From a virus (lineage: Duplodnaviria > Caudoviricetes): 64,000 bases of DNA. Below the pieces are notes generated by a model, which had not been told where the DNA came from, made no database searches, and saw only the letters and a list, made by a program, of their open reading frames with translations. This document shows, piece by piece, positions 10,102-20,519 of the stretch. Location of the stretch: IMG/VR virus record IMGVR_UViG_3300028591_000127, positions 45,072 through 109,071 of that record. One strand, given 5' to 3'. The first letter of the stretch is position 1. Each line of letters starts with the position of its first letter. The position numbers and the translations under genes are program-made.

Positions 10102-11265
10102 TTAAATTGAAACGCCCCTTGTAATATCATCATCAGTACCCACATTATAGCCGCTTTTATCCTCAAGGCCAACGAGTACTGAATAATAGTCAAATTCTCC
10201 TTCACCAACCTCATTAGCTCCCCAAGAGATTTCTAGTGAGTTTTCTTTGATGAGGTAAAGTCTCTGAATCACAGTCTTTGTTTTTCCATCTGCATAATCT
10301 TCCTCGATTGCAGGTTCATATATTGTTACTACATCTCCAATCTCATACTTAGGAAAGAGTTTATTAACAATAGTCATGTGATGGAAGTAATTTGAGGACT
10401 GATATTTTCTATTAAAGACACCATTCTGATAGAGTGGTTCATAGTCTTTTTGGAAGTAGTAATAATTCTTATATTTCTGATAGACTTTCAAATTTTTACT
10501 TTCCCAATTAGAATAATCAAGAACAGCCTCAGTATTTTCTGTGTCATTCCAGAGGTCAATTTCTTGGGCGTAGAGATCAGGTTTACTTGTATCCTCCTCT
10601 CTATAAAGATCTTTATCAATTTTATAGAGTGTTGGAGTTCCTAAGCTTAACGTTATCTTGTCTTTTTCATCTTTTTCACCTCTAGAATTAAATTCACCCA
10701 TAGTATCTTTCAACAATAGGCCTTCCATTCCATAAGCGAATATACAGTCTCTCTTAAAGGAGTAGCAGAGTTTAGTACAAAAATCTGCATTAGTTTCATT
10801 ATTCTGAAAATATCTAGGATCCTTAGAGATATCAGACTTTATCTTTATTGATTTTTTCCAGGGATATAAGCTGTTAATGACATCAGCTATTGGGTCGTCG
10901 TAGTATAAAGTGATCTTCTCGTTATAGAAGTCTAACTTATTTATACAACAAAATTTAGCCTCAAAGTAGTTATTACTAAACTGGACATAGGAGTAGACAC
11001 ATAGTTTAATGATTCTTTTCATACCACTCTCTACGTGTCTAATCTCCAAATCTCCAGTTTTATATTTTTCTTTAAAGAACTCTATACTAGTGCCATCACC
11101 AACGTAAGTTAATCCCATTCTTCCCGTTGCCGGCTTTCCACCAAGCTCCTCATGAATCTTTATCCAATCTAGTTTAAAAGAGTTTTGAAACCAAGGTTGA
11201 AGATTGACCAATAAGTCTCTTGAATCATGAAAGCCTGAGGTCCATAGCTGTGAGTTATCTAGCAT
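10102..11265 (-). CDS. Putative baseplate hub (T4 gp27 / gpD-like)
   Basis: 387 aa between the gp53-like gene and the spike; YFQNNETNADFCTKL resembles the Q-x2-E-[ST]-D-x2-F hub motif. Confidence 0.6.
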   Translation of the reverse strand: MLDNSQLWTSGFHDSRDLLVNLQPWFQNSFKLDWIKIHEELGGKPATGRMGLTYVGDGTSIEFFKEKYKTGDLEIRHVESGMKRIIKLCVYSYVQFSNNYFEAKFCCINKLDFYNEKITLYYDDPIADVINSLYPWKKSIKIKSDISKDPRYFQNNETNADFCTKLCYSFKRDCIFAYGMEGLLLKDTMGEFNSRGEKDEKDKITLSLGTPTLYKIDKDLYREEDTSKPDLYAQEIDLWNDTENTEAVLDYSNWESKNLKVYQKYKNYYYFQKDYEPLYQNGVFNRKYQSSNYFHHMTIVNKLFPKYEIGDVVTIYEPAIEEDYADGKTKTVIQRLYLIKENSLEISWGANEVGEGEFDYYSVLVGLEDKSGYNVGTDDDITRGVSI

Positions 11266-11567
11266 TCTTTCAAAATTCTTATTAATACATCTCTTGGTAA
11301 TACCTGAATAATAGCACCCTTCTTAAGATCGCTCAGACTTACTCCACAAGAAAGCATAAAGAGGCCGAGAAGGTCGACATCATTATATAATTCCTCACAG
11401 ATTAGGTCTGGGCGATACTCAAAGGTTCTAATTTCATAAGGTACTCTTTCTGAATGGGCATCACGAATCTTATCTAGAAGAACAGAGTTGAAGACATCGA
11501 CACCATCAATATAAGTTGATAAGTCATCATCCTTAGAGATGAAATTTTCCTTATTTCTCGTAAACAT
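11259..11567 (-). CDS. Baseplate gp53 / LysM-like (gpX) protein
   Basis: YEIRTFEYRPDLICEELY motif typical of gp53-like proteins. Confidence 0.7.
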   Translation of the reverse strand: MFTRNKENFISKDDDLSTYIDGVDVFNSVLLDKIRDAHSERVPYEIRTFEYRPDLICEELYNDVDLLGLFMLSCGVSLSDLKKGAIIQVLPRDVLIRILKEC

Positions 11568-11573
11568 AGTATA

Positions 11574-12773
11574 TTATTGATTAGAAATCTTACTAGAGGC
11601 TTCCTTAACCGCACCCTTAACTTCCTGATAAGATCCTTTAATTGCATCATCAATCTCTTTGATTTTAGTCTTAAGATTAGTACCATCAACGAAGTCCCAA
11701 AGCAATGAATTACTTACCTCAGTTGCAGGTTCAAGATTAAGAATAACATCGCAAGATAAAGGAGCTCTCAGTTTATCACCATCTGGACACTTACACATTG
11801 TTTTAGAGTAGTTAAAGGCTGCACTACGTATTACTAAGTTATCAATACAGTAATAACCACCAACAACAAGTCTTAAGGATCCAAAGTTACAAGTATCGAT
11901 ATCTACAATACCTGTTCTGTATCCCCCAGGAGGTAGCTGCCAAAAAGCAAACTGTTGACCTTGAGCCTCTCCAGCTTTGATAGCAACATGAGGTCCTGCA
12001 GCATAGTTCTTTAGTTCCTTGATATAGGTATGAACATCCTTCCACTTACCAGAAGCATCATATCCAGAAAATACAGTATACTTCATTACCAAGTTACCGA
12101 AAGTAGTCTTAGTCCCCTTAAAATAACTAAACTGAGTTCCTGTAAGATGAAGAGCTGAGTTAAGATAAGTTAAGGCTTCATCTCTCATACCATTATCATT
12201 ATTCACGAAACCATTAGCATATTGCTTAACTTTACCAAAATATTCGTCAGCTAATCTTCCCGCAGCGTCTGTTATTGGGGAGAAAAACTCGCTAACACTA
12301 TCCATAGTTTCCTCACCAAAGATTCTATTGGCAAACCCTTTGACACTCTCTGTAGCTTTATTAACTAGTCTTTGCGTATTGCTTGTTAATTCACCGAGCA
12401 TCCTAGCATTTTCTTTTGTACTAAAATAGCCAATATAACCAGATAAAGACCCAGTAACATCAGTAATTAAACTCCCTAAAGGGTCACCTCCTCTACCACT
12501 AAAGTCATTGTTTATTGAGATATTGAAATCTTCACCAAGGACTGCTCTAGCAATAGGCTCTTCTTGATACCCAAGACCTTTACTACCTGTGTCTGCCATC
12601 TTAGGTTTTGAAGTCTCTACAAATTTACTACCATCATACTCGCTACTTGGATGGAGCGTTACTGATAGGAGTGGATTATTTAGCTGGTTGTCGTAGTAGA
12701 AGCCATTAATACTAAAGGGATTTTTTTCTGGAGCCTTAGAACCATAATTTAGTTTTATATTGTGCTCTGTCAT
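11574..12773 (-). CDS. Putative tail tube initiator (gp48-like)
   Basis: 399 aa directly after the tape measure; C-terminal NLVIRSAAFNYS...PLSCDVILNL is tube-fold-like. Confidence 0.5.
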   Translation of the reverse strand: MTEHNIKLNYGSKAPEKNPFSINGFYYDNQLNNPLLSVTLHPSSEYDGSKFVETSKPKMADTGSKGLGYQEEPIARAVLGEDFNISINNDFSGRGGDPLGSLITDVTGSLSGYIGYFSTKENARMLGELTSNTQRLVNKATESVKGFANRIFGEETMDSVSEFFSPITDAAGRLADEYFGKVKQYANGFVNNDNGMRDEALTYLNSALHLTGTQFSYFKGTKTTFGNLVMKYTVFSGYDASGKWKDVHTYIKELKNYAAGPHVAIKAGEAQGQQFAFWQLPPGGYRTGIVDIDTCNFGSLRLVVGGYYCIDNLVIRSAAFNYSKTMCKCPDGDKLRAPLSCDVILNLEPATEVSNSLLWDFVDGTNLKTKIKEIDDAIKGSYQEVKGAVKEASSKISNQ

Positions 12774-12776
12774 GAA

Positions 12777-15700
12777 TTATCCTCCTTTATACATCGATTT
12801 AGGTTGAACTTGTTGAGGCGTAGGAATAGGTGCAGAAGATTTTACTGCACTAATAATCCTATCATTTCCAGAACCCGTTATAGTACCGAGGGCTGCCATG
12901 TCTTTATTATTCTGAACGCCCACTGCTACGATAGTCTGTTGAACATTCTGAACTACTGAAATTAAGTTAGCTAAGATTTGTTCCGTCTTACCGCTTTTAT
13001 CATTCATCTTCATATTATTTAGAGTGTCAGTTCTAAATCCTTCCAATACACTACTGAGGGGCTCATCACTCATCCAATTAGGAATAACGTACTCACCACC
13101 ATGGACAGTAGCATGTTGAGAATGATTTGGATTACCCTTAATTCTTCCACCAACAGCTTTAGTGACAGTAGTACCAGAACTTCCCCACCCGCTCGAACCA
13201 GATAGTGACACTAACGGAGTTTCTTTCGCTGTCTCTGAATAAGATTTCTTAGAGGTATTAAAGATACTTTTAAGTTTTCCAGATTTTTTATCGACAACGT
13301 TTTCTGATTTTACAACAAGATTATCCTCCCATCCTTCTTTGGCAACCTCACGTATTTCACCCTTAAGGTCAGAGCTTAAATTCTTTGATTTTATATATGA
13401 TACAGCAGACTTCTTCTTGCTACTACTAGTGTTTTTCCATTCTTCACTTGCGAATACTTCTCTAAGCAGTCGGTTATATTCTTCTGGGTTGTCCTTGAAT
13501 TTACCGTTCCTGAAGTCGTTTTCAATAGCAGCAAGTTTCTCCAAGGCAGAAAGTTTACTATATAAGACATCCCTAGTTTCTAGATATGTCTCCGTAATAT
13601 CATTCCAAGAGTAGTTTAGAGCTTTAACAACCCCATTTCCGTACTTCTTGATCATTTCTGCCATACCACCACAGAAACTACCAGCACTTTCAATGCACTT
13701 TGTCAATTCAGCATCAAGATCTTCTGTCTTAGTATTTTTTAACTTCTCAGCCTTCTCTTTTCTTACTCTTGCTTCCTTTACGGCATTTTCTAGTTCTTTG
13801 ACCTCTTTTTCGTTAAGATCTCCAAAAGACTTAAGTTCTTCTATGATGTTAGTATATTCATCTTCAACGGCATCTCTCATTTTGACATACTTAAGAGCAA
13901 GTTCTTGATCAGTAAGACCTTCATTGCTTTCAAGAGAATCAAAGTACTCATCAAAATGGGATCTTTTATACTCAATATCACTTAATTTGCCAATCTTTTC
14001 ATTATATCCTTTATTAACACCAATAAGTCTACCTTTATCTTCTGCACTCTTTCCAGAACTGAGAGATACCTGTCTTTCTCCCATCCTTGCTCTTTGATTC
14101 TTCAAGAGTTTCCATTGGAAATATAGCTCATCTTTTCTTTCTTTAGGAGTCTCCTGAGCCTTCATTTCAGCCTCGACCTTTCTAATTTCCTCAAGATTTT
14201 TAGCCATTTCTTCCTGGTTATAAATAGAAGACTCAAAATCTGCTTTAGTTACTCCTTTCTTAGCAAAATTATAATCATTACCTGCCAAAACCTTTTTATA
14301 AAGCCCTTTTACTAGGTCACTGTTGGCAACGGCTTCTCTAACCTTCCCTGAAGAAGAGGAGATTTCTGGAAAAAATTGTCGGAGTTCTTCATCAGACATA
14401 GATCCTAACCACTCATTAAATCTCTCGTCTACGTTAGATGTATTATAATCAACATAATCTCTTAGATATTTTTGAGCTTTGGGGTCTAACTCTTGATAGT
14501 ACTTTCTGAAGTTCTGCCTTTCAGCTTTATGGTCTCTATATTTATAGTCTTGCCGAAATGAAGTTCCAAGAGTAGTAGTGGAGGTATCAGTTTTTGATCT
14601 ATAAACTCTATTTTCAGGACTTAATAAGTTGTCTAATAGCTCATCAGAAATATTATGTGTAATATCGCGAGATACAAAAACATCATTAAGTTTTTTCTTA
14701 ATGTGTTCTCTGCTATAGGATCCTGCCTTATTTGTATACCAATCATTGAAATCATCGAAGTTCTTAAAGGCCGTACCATCACTCCTGTGTAATGCTATTT
14801 TATTCTCATAGGCTTTATTCCAGATTTCACCGGCTTCGTATTTTATCTGTGATTCCTTAACTTTTTCTTGAGGAACCCTAGTATCACCGATAGTAGCTGG
14901 CTCTCCTGCAATGAAATCAGCAACGTCAGATGCAACTTCCCCTAGACCAGTTTCTACACATTCCTCTCTATGGCCGCCACCAACGCGCTCACTGGTTTCT
15001 CCACTAGCTTCCTGAGGTGCGTTAGAAACTTGTTCCGGAATAGAATCGACCTCTTGTCCTGTATATCCTCCGCTTGATATCGCTGTATCTATAGTGCCTT
15101 CTTCTCCAGCGGCTTGATTATAGGTTTCATAAGCCCCATTAGCAAGTTTTATTCGACTCTCATGTTCCTGATTTACTCTTCTCTGGCTCCATCCTGCCTG
15201 TCTTGCGGTTCTCGTTGTTCCATCATAACCTGCGTATCTCTCATAGTATGCCCAAGCTTCCGAGGCTTCTTGTGGAGTTTTTGCAGAACTTAATCGTCTT
15301 TGTACATCTCTAGTATCAGTTCCTGTATATGGTACTGATCCATCTAAAGTACCCAGAAGAAAATCTAATTGAGTTCCAAGATCACTCCATTTCTTTCCTT
15401 TCTTTGAAGCATACTGATTAAGACTCCTCAAGTTACTTCCATTCCACATAGCAATACCACCAGAGTATAAGCCATTACTATCTTTTACAACTCTTCCTGG
15501 ATTTACAGCTGATTCTGCACGTAAATTACCGACAATACCTGCTGCCTGCTCTTTAGTCAAACCTTTCTTAGTAAGATAGTCCATAGCAAAAATTACATTG
15601 GATCTTTCTTGAGCCTTAGTAATTTTAGTTGATTTTGTAATACCAAGAAGATTAGCTGTTGATCTAATACCCTCACCAATCAAGTCACCAGCCTTATCGA

Positions 15701-18014
15701 ACACATACCCACTCCTTTCTTTCATTCCTTCTATTTGCTGAACGAATGGGTGGTTTTCTTGCTGTTGTTCGTAAGCCTTTCTTTGACTAATAATATCAGT
15801 GATTTTGTCTGTATATTTAGAGTAATCAGCGAATTGACTTTTAAACCATTGACTCTTGGAACCTTTATTTTTCCAGGCTCTTCTTACTCCAGTCTGACCA
15901 CCACTCTCCTTAACAATATTATTTTCGATACCGCTAAGAACTAGAGCTACATCATCCTCATCTTCCTGTTTATATAAAGTTCTTTCAAGGATCTTTAGGT
16001 CGTTCTCAGAGAGTTTATAGTAATTATAGGTGCCCGTGCCTTGACCCCTAATATTAGCCGCTGGTCTAGGATCTGTTGCTGGAACAAGAGTTAGTCTATA
16101 GTCTTCAGTTTCAGCCCAATCTACTAATGAAGTGAGTCCACTTTTTACAACCTGTCTTGTAGCATATCCTGCACCCAAGGCCGAAAAATTGGCTGTTCCA
16201 CCAGTAGCTAAAAATATACCACCTCCAACAGCAGCACCCGCAACGTCGCCTACTACTCTTCCTACCTGGTCACCCCAAGATTCACCATTAAGACCCATGG
16301 GTAGTTTCTCGGAGCCGTCAACGTTATGATTGTTAGAATACTGTAGAAGTTGTTGATCAGCAGTATATTCTTCTCGAACATACTTCATCTTAACTGGGTG
16401 TGCTAAGAGTCTCGTTCTATCGGCGGGATTTTTGAAGAATCTTATTATAAATTCTCTATCTACATAAACCGAACCATTCTTTTTAGCAGCCTTCTTAAGA
16501 CGACTAAGACCTGCCAGAACTCTACCAGCATCTACGTGACCATATTCTTCGGCATCTACGTAGGCGCCCATGATGTCACGACCCTGAGCAACAGTACTTG
16601 CAACAGATCCTGTCAATTGACCACTGCCATCTAGAGCTGTACTATGAAGAGCATAAGCATACCGGCCTTTATCGTTTTTCGTTTCAAGAACATAGTCACC
16701 ACGAGAAGTATTTGTTCCAACACCTAAACTCTCAAACTCGCTATTACCTCGTCTTCCAATACCCTCTTTAATTTGATTTATATTTTTATTAGCAAGAGTA
16801 CTTTTTTCAATATTCTGTTTAGCTGCAATACTAGCACCCTTAACAGGATCAACGAGCGTAGTTAAGACAGTTCCTAGATAAGAGCTGATGTTACTGAACG
16901 TGGAGGAAATTATATTACTAAATCCTGTCAGAACACCTTTTAGTTGGTTTCCTAAGAGTCCATAATCTTGATTAGCAATATTATTTCCTATATCACCCAT
17001 TGATGGGAAAGGAATGCTCTTGATTGCCTCTCCACGAATAGCCATCTGCTTTTCAAACCAAAGCCTAATATAATCTCCGAAATTAATGAAAAGATTTTTA
17101 AATTCTCCGGCTAGTGATGTTTTCGGATTTTTAGCTTTGGACATATCACCGGTAAGGAACCAGATTAGGGATCCTCTAAGGTCTTTACCGGCAGCTCTTA
17201 ATTGTGAGGCTTTCCTTCCAAGCCCAAAGAAACCAAGAAAATCAGTAATACGGTCATAAATTTGATTTCCGAGATTGATGACCTTATCCCAGTTCTTAGC
17301 GAGGAATTGAACACCGAAAATTAAGAGTAGAGTTCTTATCTGACTACCAATAGTTGTGCCAATCATTCTAGGATCTGAAGCTTTAGCAAGTCTAGTTGTT
17401 GTGGCTTCCATCTTTTGAAGCATCTTATTAATAGACTTACTCAAGCTCCACTCTTTTCTATCATATTCCCTTATCCTTTTATCATTGGCAGCTTTCTGGT
17501 GGGAGAACATATTTTCAAGCCAAGTTTTAAATCTAGCTTGACTCTTTCCTTCCGTATTGTCTGCTGCCTTAAATTGTATAGGTCTACCTTGAATTGGACC
17601 TCCAGCGTTAGCAGGGACAGGGACGCTATTATTGGTAGTTACATTATTATAGTTATTGTTTATTGTTATGTTGGGTGGCTTAACCTGTACTTCCCTTCTC
17701 TGGCTTCTCTGTACTTGTGGCGCACTAACACCGTACTTTCCAAGTATAGCCGCTGTCTGAGGAGATACTTGCTGACCACCACCACCTTCGTTCATTGCCG
17801 CCATAGCTCCAGCAGTTCCTAGGGCGTTCATTAGCTGTCCTTGATTAGTAGCTTCTTGTTTCTCAACAGCAAGATTCTTAGCCCTTTCTCCTTGAAGTGC
17901 AGTTATTTGATTCATATACTGTTCTCTTAAGGCGGCATCTTGTGAAGGATCCTCAGCTCTATTAGTAGCTAATTTATTCGTCCTCTTATTCAATTCATCT
18001 GTAATTGCTGACAT
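12777..18014 (-). CDS. Tape measure protein with phage tail lysozyme domain
   Basis: 1745 aa, helical; domain AMDYLTKKGLTKEQAAGIVGNLRAES...GIAMW...QLDFL at about 15120-15590 matches the Phage_lysozyme2 type. Confidence 0.8.
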   Translation of the reverse strand: MSAITDELNKRTNKLATNRAEDPSQDAALREQYMNQITALQGERAKNLAVEKQEATNQGQLMNALGTAGAMAAMNEGGGGQQVSPQTAAILGKYGVSAPQVQRSQRREVQVKPPNITINNNYNNVTTNNSVPVPANAGGPIQGRPIQFKAADNTEGKSQARFKTWLENMFSHQKAANDKRIREYDRKEWSLSKSINKMLQKMEATTTRLAKASDPRMIGTTIGSQIRTLLLIFGVQFLAKNWDKVINLGNQIYDRITDFLGFFGLGRKASQLRAAGKDLRGSLIWFLTGDMSKAKNPKTSLAGEFKNLFINFGDYIRLWFEKQMAIRGEAIKSIPFPSMGDIGNNIANQDYGLLGNQLKGVLTGFSNIISSTFSNISSYLGTVLTTLVDPVKGASIAAKQNIEKSTLANKNINQIKEGIGRRGNSEFESLGVGTNTSRGDYVLETKNDKGRYAYALHSTALDGSGQLTGSVASTVAQGRDIMGAYVDAEEYGHVDAGRVLAGLSRLKKAAKKNGSVYVDREFIIRFFKNPADRTRLLAHPVKMKYVREEYTADQQLLQYSNNHNVDGSEKLPMGLNGESWGDQVGRVVGDVAGAAVGGGIFLATGGTANFSALGAGYATRQVVKSGLTSLVDWAETEDYRLTLVPATDPRPAANIRGQGTGTYNYYKLSENDLKILERTLYKQEDEDDVALVLSGIENNIVKESGGQTGVRRAWKNKGSKSQWFKSQFADYSKYTDKITDIISQRKAYEQQQENHPFVQQIEGMKERSGYVFDKAGDLIGEGIRSTANLLGITKSTKITKAQERSNVIFAMDYLTKKGLTKEQAAGIVGNLRAESAVNPGRVVKDSNGLYSGGIAMWNGSNLRSLNQYASKKGKKWSDLGTQLDFLLGTLDGSVPYTGTDTRDVQRRLSSAKTPQEASEAWAYYERYAGYDGTTRTARQAGWSQRRVNQEHESRIKLANGAYETYNQAAGEEGTIDTAISSGGYTGQEVDSIPEQVSNAPQEASGETSERVGGGHREECVETGLGEVASDVADFIAGEPATIGDTRVPQEKVKESQIKYEAGEIWNKAYENKIALHRSDGTAFKNFDDFNDWYTNKAGSYSREHIKKKLNDVFVSRDITHNISDELLDNLLSPENRVYRSKTDTSTTTLGTSFRQDYKYRDHKAERQNFRKYYQELDPKAQKYLRDYVDYNTSNVDERFNEWLGSMSDEELRQFFPEISSSSGKVREAVANSDLVKGLYKKVLAGNDYNFAKKGVTKADFESSIYNQEEMAKNLEEIRKVEAEMKAQETPKERKDELYFQWKLLKNQRARMGERQVSLSSGKSAEDKGRLIGVNKGYNEKIGKLSDIEYKRSHFDEYFDSLESNEGLTDQELALKYVKMRDAVEDEYTNIIEELKSFGDLNEKEVKELENAVKEARVRKEKAEKLKNTKTEDLDAELTKCIESAGSFCGGMAEMIKKYGNGVVKALNYSWNDITETYLETRDVLYSKLSALEKLAAIENDFRNGKFKDNPEEYNRLLREVFASEEWKNTSSSKKKSAVSYIKSKNLSSDLKGEIREVAKEGWEDNLVVKSENVVDKKSGKLKSIFNTSKKSYSETAKETPLVSLSGSSGWGSSGTTVTKAVGGRIKGNPNHSQHATVHGGEYVIPNWMSDEPLSSVLEGFRTDTLNNMKMNDKSGKTEQILANLISVVQNVQQTIVAVGVQNNKDMAALGTITGSGNDRIISAVKSSAPIPTPQQVQPKSMYKGG

Positions 18015-18295
18015 TATTTAAAGATATTATCCTCAACAAAGTCATCTGGTTCTTGATGATTTATAGTTATCCTCATATTTCCACTACTTCCCTGTTTATC
18101 TCCAAAAGTCATTAATGGGAAGTCAGGATCAGTACCTTTACTTTCGTCGAGGAAATTATTATAAGCCTTTTTAAGTTCATTTAAGAACTCCATTGTATAC
18201 CCCTCAATATTGTCAACTTTCAGGAACTTATTTAAATAGAATTTTAGATCCATCAATCGGGCAATTGACATAGAGGTCTCGAAAGAAATCGACAA
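18014..18295 (-). CDS. Small tail/baseplate assembly protein (gp51-like position)
   Basis: 93 aa between the chaperone and the tape measure; start uncertain. Confidence 0.5.
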   Translation of the reverse strand: MSISFETSMSIARLMDLKFYLNKFLKVDNIEGYTMEFLNELKKAYNNFLDESKGTDPDFPLMTFGDKQGSSGNMRITINHQEPDDFVEDNIFK

Positions 18296-18989
18296 TAAGC
18301 GATTCTACACTTACTGTCACTCCCCTCCTTTCTGATTTATCTAATCCCTTATTACACTCTGGACAATATAGGGTTATTGGTTCGAGTTGATCATAATAAA
18401 GATCTCTTAAAGCTAATAGGAGGGTAATGTCATTATGCGTTGCCCCTAAGACATCCTCTTCAACCTGATTAGCTCTCGTTTCAAAATCCTTAATGAGTGC
18501 TATAGTTTTAATCATCTTAAGGTCAGTTACTTTTCTGTAGGTCAAATACTTACTAAAAACTCTACCAAACTCCCTAACTGTTGGTACTATGGTTTCATAA
18601 GAATGCCCTCCCAATTCTATCTTGGCCCCATTCATAATCTTAGGGTCAATCTGTTTAAAATGAATATCGTGCTCAAACGATACCGTCTTTTTGATCTTTC
18701 TACCACATTCTGGACACTTAACTTCAATTTGATAACTCAGATCTTCACTAACTGTTATGAGTTTTTTGTAGAAGATCAAGAAATCAACATCCATAATATA
18801 ACAATTCAGAATGTTAGGATCTTCAGACTTTAACATATCAATGTCAAACAGGTATTTTCCTAAGTTATCATCTTTTGGAACTCTAGCCATATAATCACAA
18901 ATACCACTAAAGGTCATAGGATTGATGTTGACTGAAGGAAAATTATAGCCTATACCTCCACTAGGGAGAAGTTTAACGTCAATGTTCAT
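18228..18989 (-). CDS. Baseplate hub/tail assembly chaperone (T4 gp26-like) with two CPEC motifs
   Basis: LPSGG N-terminus, CPECG and CPEC motifs, position upstream of the tape measure. Confidence 0.65.
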   Translation of the reverse strand: MNIDVKLLPSGGIGYNFPSVNINPMTFSGICDYMARVPKDDNLGKYLFDIDMLKSEDPNILNCYIMDVDFLIFYKKLITVSEDLSYQIEVKCPECGRKIKKTVSFEHDIHFKQIDPKIMNGAKIELGGHSYETIVPTVREFGRVFSKYLTYRKVTDLKMIKTIALIKDFETRANQVEEDVLGATHNDITLLLALRDLYYDQLEPITLYCPECNKGLDKSERRGVTVSVESLIVDFFRDLYVNCPIDGSKILFK

Positions 18990-19013
18990 ATTTTATTAAA
19001 ATCATTAAAAAAT

Positions 19014-19051
19014 AGTAGTCTACAGTAATATCAAAATCACTATAGACTACT
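19014..19051. terminator. Intergenic hairpin
   Basis: agtagtctacagt ... actatagactact inverted repeat. Confidence 0.45.
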
Positions 19052-19098
19052 TCTATATTCTATACTTAAGGTTCTAGAGGTCTCTGAACAGTAAAATT

Positions 19099-19560
19099 TC
19101 ACTTAATGGTAATATTAATCTTTTCACCCTTCTTACTAGCGGCGTCAAGGAGAGGCCAAAGCTTTTTAAGAGTGTTCATAGAGTTAGTGACTTTACCAAC
19201 TTCCGTATTTTTTCCAACTAAAATACAGCCTGCAGAATCAGCCGCCGTATTACCTGCGTGAATTAATACACCAGACCAAGCTTTAATGTTGAGAAGTCTG
19301 GGTAATCTTGCTCCACACCACTTATAAGCTAATTTCTTTGAGTACTTAGGAGAAACAACATTCATAGTGATGGGATAGGTACCAGTCGGAATAGCAGTTT
19401 GGCTATATACCTTCTTTTTTTGTATCTCCTCTTCGGGCATATCACTACTGAGCCCTCTATCACAATCCTCTACTGTATCACAAAAATATTCCCCGTTGAT
19501 GTAGAGTTTCCCAATCGTATAAGTCGCCTTCTTAGCAACTCTTCTTAATGTTAGTTCCAT
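19099..19560 (-). CDS. DUF5675-family protein (possible cell-wall enzyme)
   Basis: MELTLRR...YTIGKLYINGEYFCDTVED...TAIPTGTY...LIHAGNTAADSAGCILVG signature, common in Bacteroidota and their phages. Confidence 0.8.
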   Translation of the reverse strand: MELTLRRVAKKATYTIGKLYINGEYFCDTVEDCDRGLSSDMPEEEIQKKKVYSQTAIPTGTYPITMNVVSPKYSKKLAYKWCGARLPRLLNIKAWSGVLIHAGNTAADSAGCILVGKNTEVGKVTNSMNTLKKLWPLLDAASKKGEKINITIK

Positions 19561-19563
19561 AAA

Positions 19564-19731
19564 TTAAAGTCTCTTTTTGCTACCCCTCTTTACAACTAAT
19601 TTGCCATTAGCTCCCATCTTAGCATCAGCAACATACATACCCTCAGAATCTTGACCTACTTTCTTATACTGATATTCGTCGGTAGGGTCTTCCTCTGAAA
19701 AATAACGTGGTCTCGAAATTCTTATCTTCAT
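19564..19731 (-). CDS. Small leader-bearing protein, 55 aa (below the ORF-track cutoff)
   Basis: Hand translation MKIRISRPRYFSEEDPTDEY...KRL*; fills the gap exactly. Confidence 0.7.
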   Translation of the reverse strand: MKIRISRPRYFSEEDPTDEYQYKKVGQDSEGMYVADAKMGANGKLVVKRGSKKRL

Positions 19732-19734
19732 ATT

Positions 19735-20040
19735 CTAAATATAATTAGTCCAAGCCCACAAAGTTCTATATCCAAGATAGTAGGGATTATTTTCGTAACC
19801 CCTTGCTTCTATCTCAAAGGAAAGTTTATTATAGGCTTCAAAAGGATCTTGAAACATCCAAAACTTATAGATGTATTCTAGTACATACCAAATATACCAA
19901 CCAACTACAAGCAATTCTATTTGTTGTCTCCAGTGTATCTCCCCATGTCTAATCGTATGTTCTGCAATTTCCTTACCTCCAGTAAAGACAAAAGGACCTA
20001 CTATAATCTGAGGAAAAAACTCATTTTCAATTCTTATCAT
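19735..20040 (-). CDS. Conserved phage protein with a degenerate zincin-like motif
   Basis: RHGEIH..QQ.E...SFEIEA pattern. Confidence 0.55.
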   Translation of the reverse strand: MIRIENEFFPQIIVGPFVFTGGKEIAEHTIRHGEIHWRQQIELLVVGWYIWYVLEYIYKFWMFQDPFEAYNKLSFEIEARGYENNPYYLGYRTLWAWTNYI

Positions 20041-20452
20041 AATCGTTACTGCAAAGAGAGAAGAGGTAACGATACTTATAGCAGTTGTTAATGAAAGTTT
20101 CTGTCTCGCTTGTTAGGCCTTTGAACTCCGTGCCAGGGGGGATATCTTCATAAAAATCTTTAGTTTCTTTAATAGCATCCTCAATAAAACTTATAGCATC
20201 CGTGGCATTATTAGCGTAGAAAGGTACTTCTCCTGGCTTCATTTTACCAAGAATTCCCATATAACCTTCAGCAATGGTATCTTGAATATCACCCAAGATT
20301 TCATGAAACTCATCGAGGTAGACATGAATATTCTTCTTAGGAGCAGCCCAATGAAGCTCCTTACACTTAACTAAGAGGCCACTAAGAATACCCAAGAAAC
20401 GGAGAAACTTTTCTTTTTCCTCTCTCGAATAATATTTCTGAGTAAAGTTCAT
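20027..20452 (-). CDS. Ferritin/Dps-like four-helix protein (DUF5856-like) with leader
   Basis: LHW...IHVYLDEF...D.IAEGYMG...YRYL pattern; N-terminus MNFTQKYYS. Confidence 0.7.
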   Translation of the reverse strand: MNFTQKYYSREEKEKFLRFLGILSGLLVKCKELHWAAPKKNIHVYLDEFHEILGDIQDTIAEGYMGILGKMKPGEVPFYANNATDAISFIEDAIKETKDFYEDIPPGTEFKGLTSETETFINNCYKYRYLFSLCSNDYDKN

Positions 20453-20470
20453 AACTTACTTTGTATAAGA

Positions 20471-20504
20471 TCTGAGGACTAAGGAATAAACCCTAATCCT
20501 CAGA
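20471..20504. terminator. Hairpin after the tail tube gene
   Basis: tctgaggactaagg ... ccctaatcctcaga. Confidence 0.5.
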
Positions 20505-20519
20505 AGAAGTTTATTATAA

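Noticed and set aside
18228-18295. Overlap of two ORFs before the tape measure, suggesting a lambda G/GT-type -1 frameshift
   Set aside because: The downstream ORF is in the +1 (or -2) frame, and it has its own in-frame Met codons.
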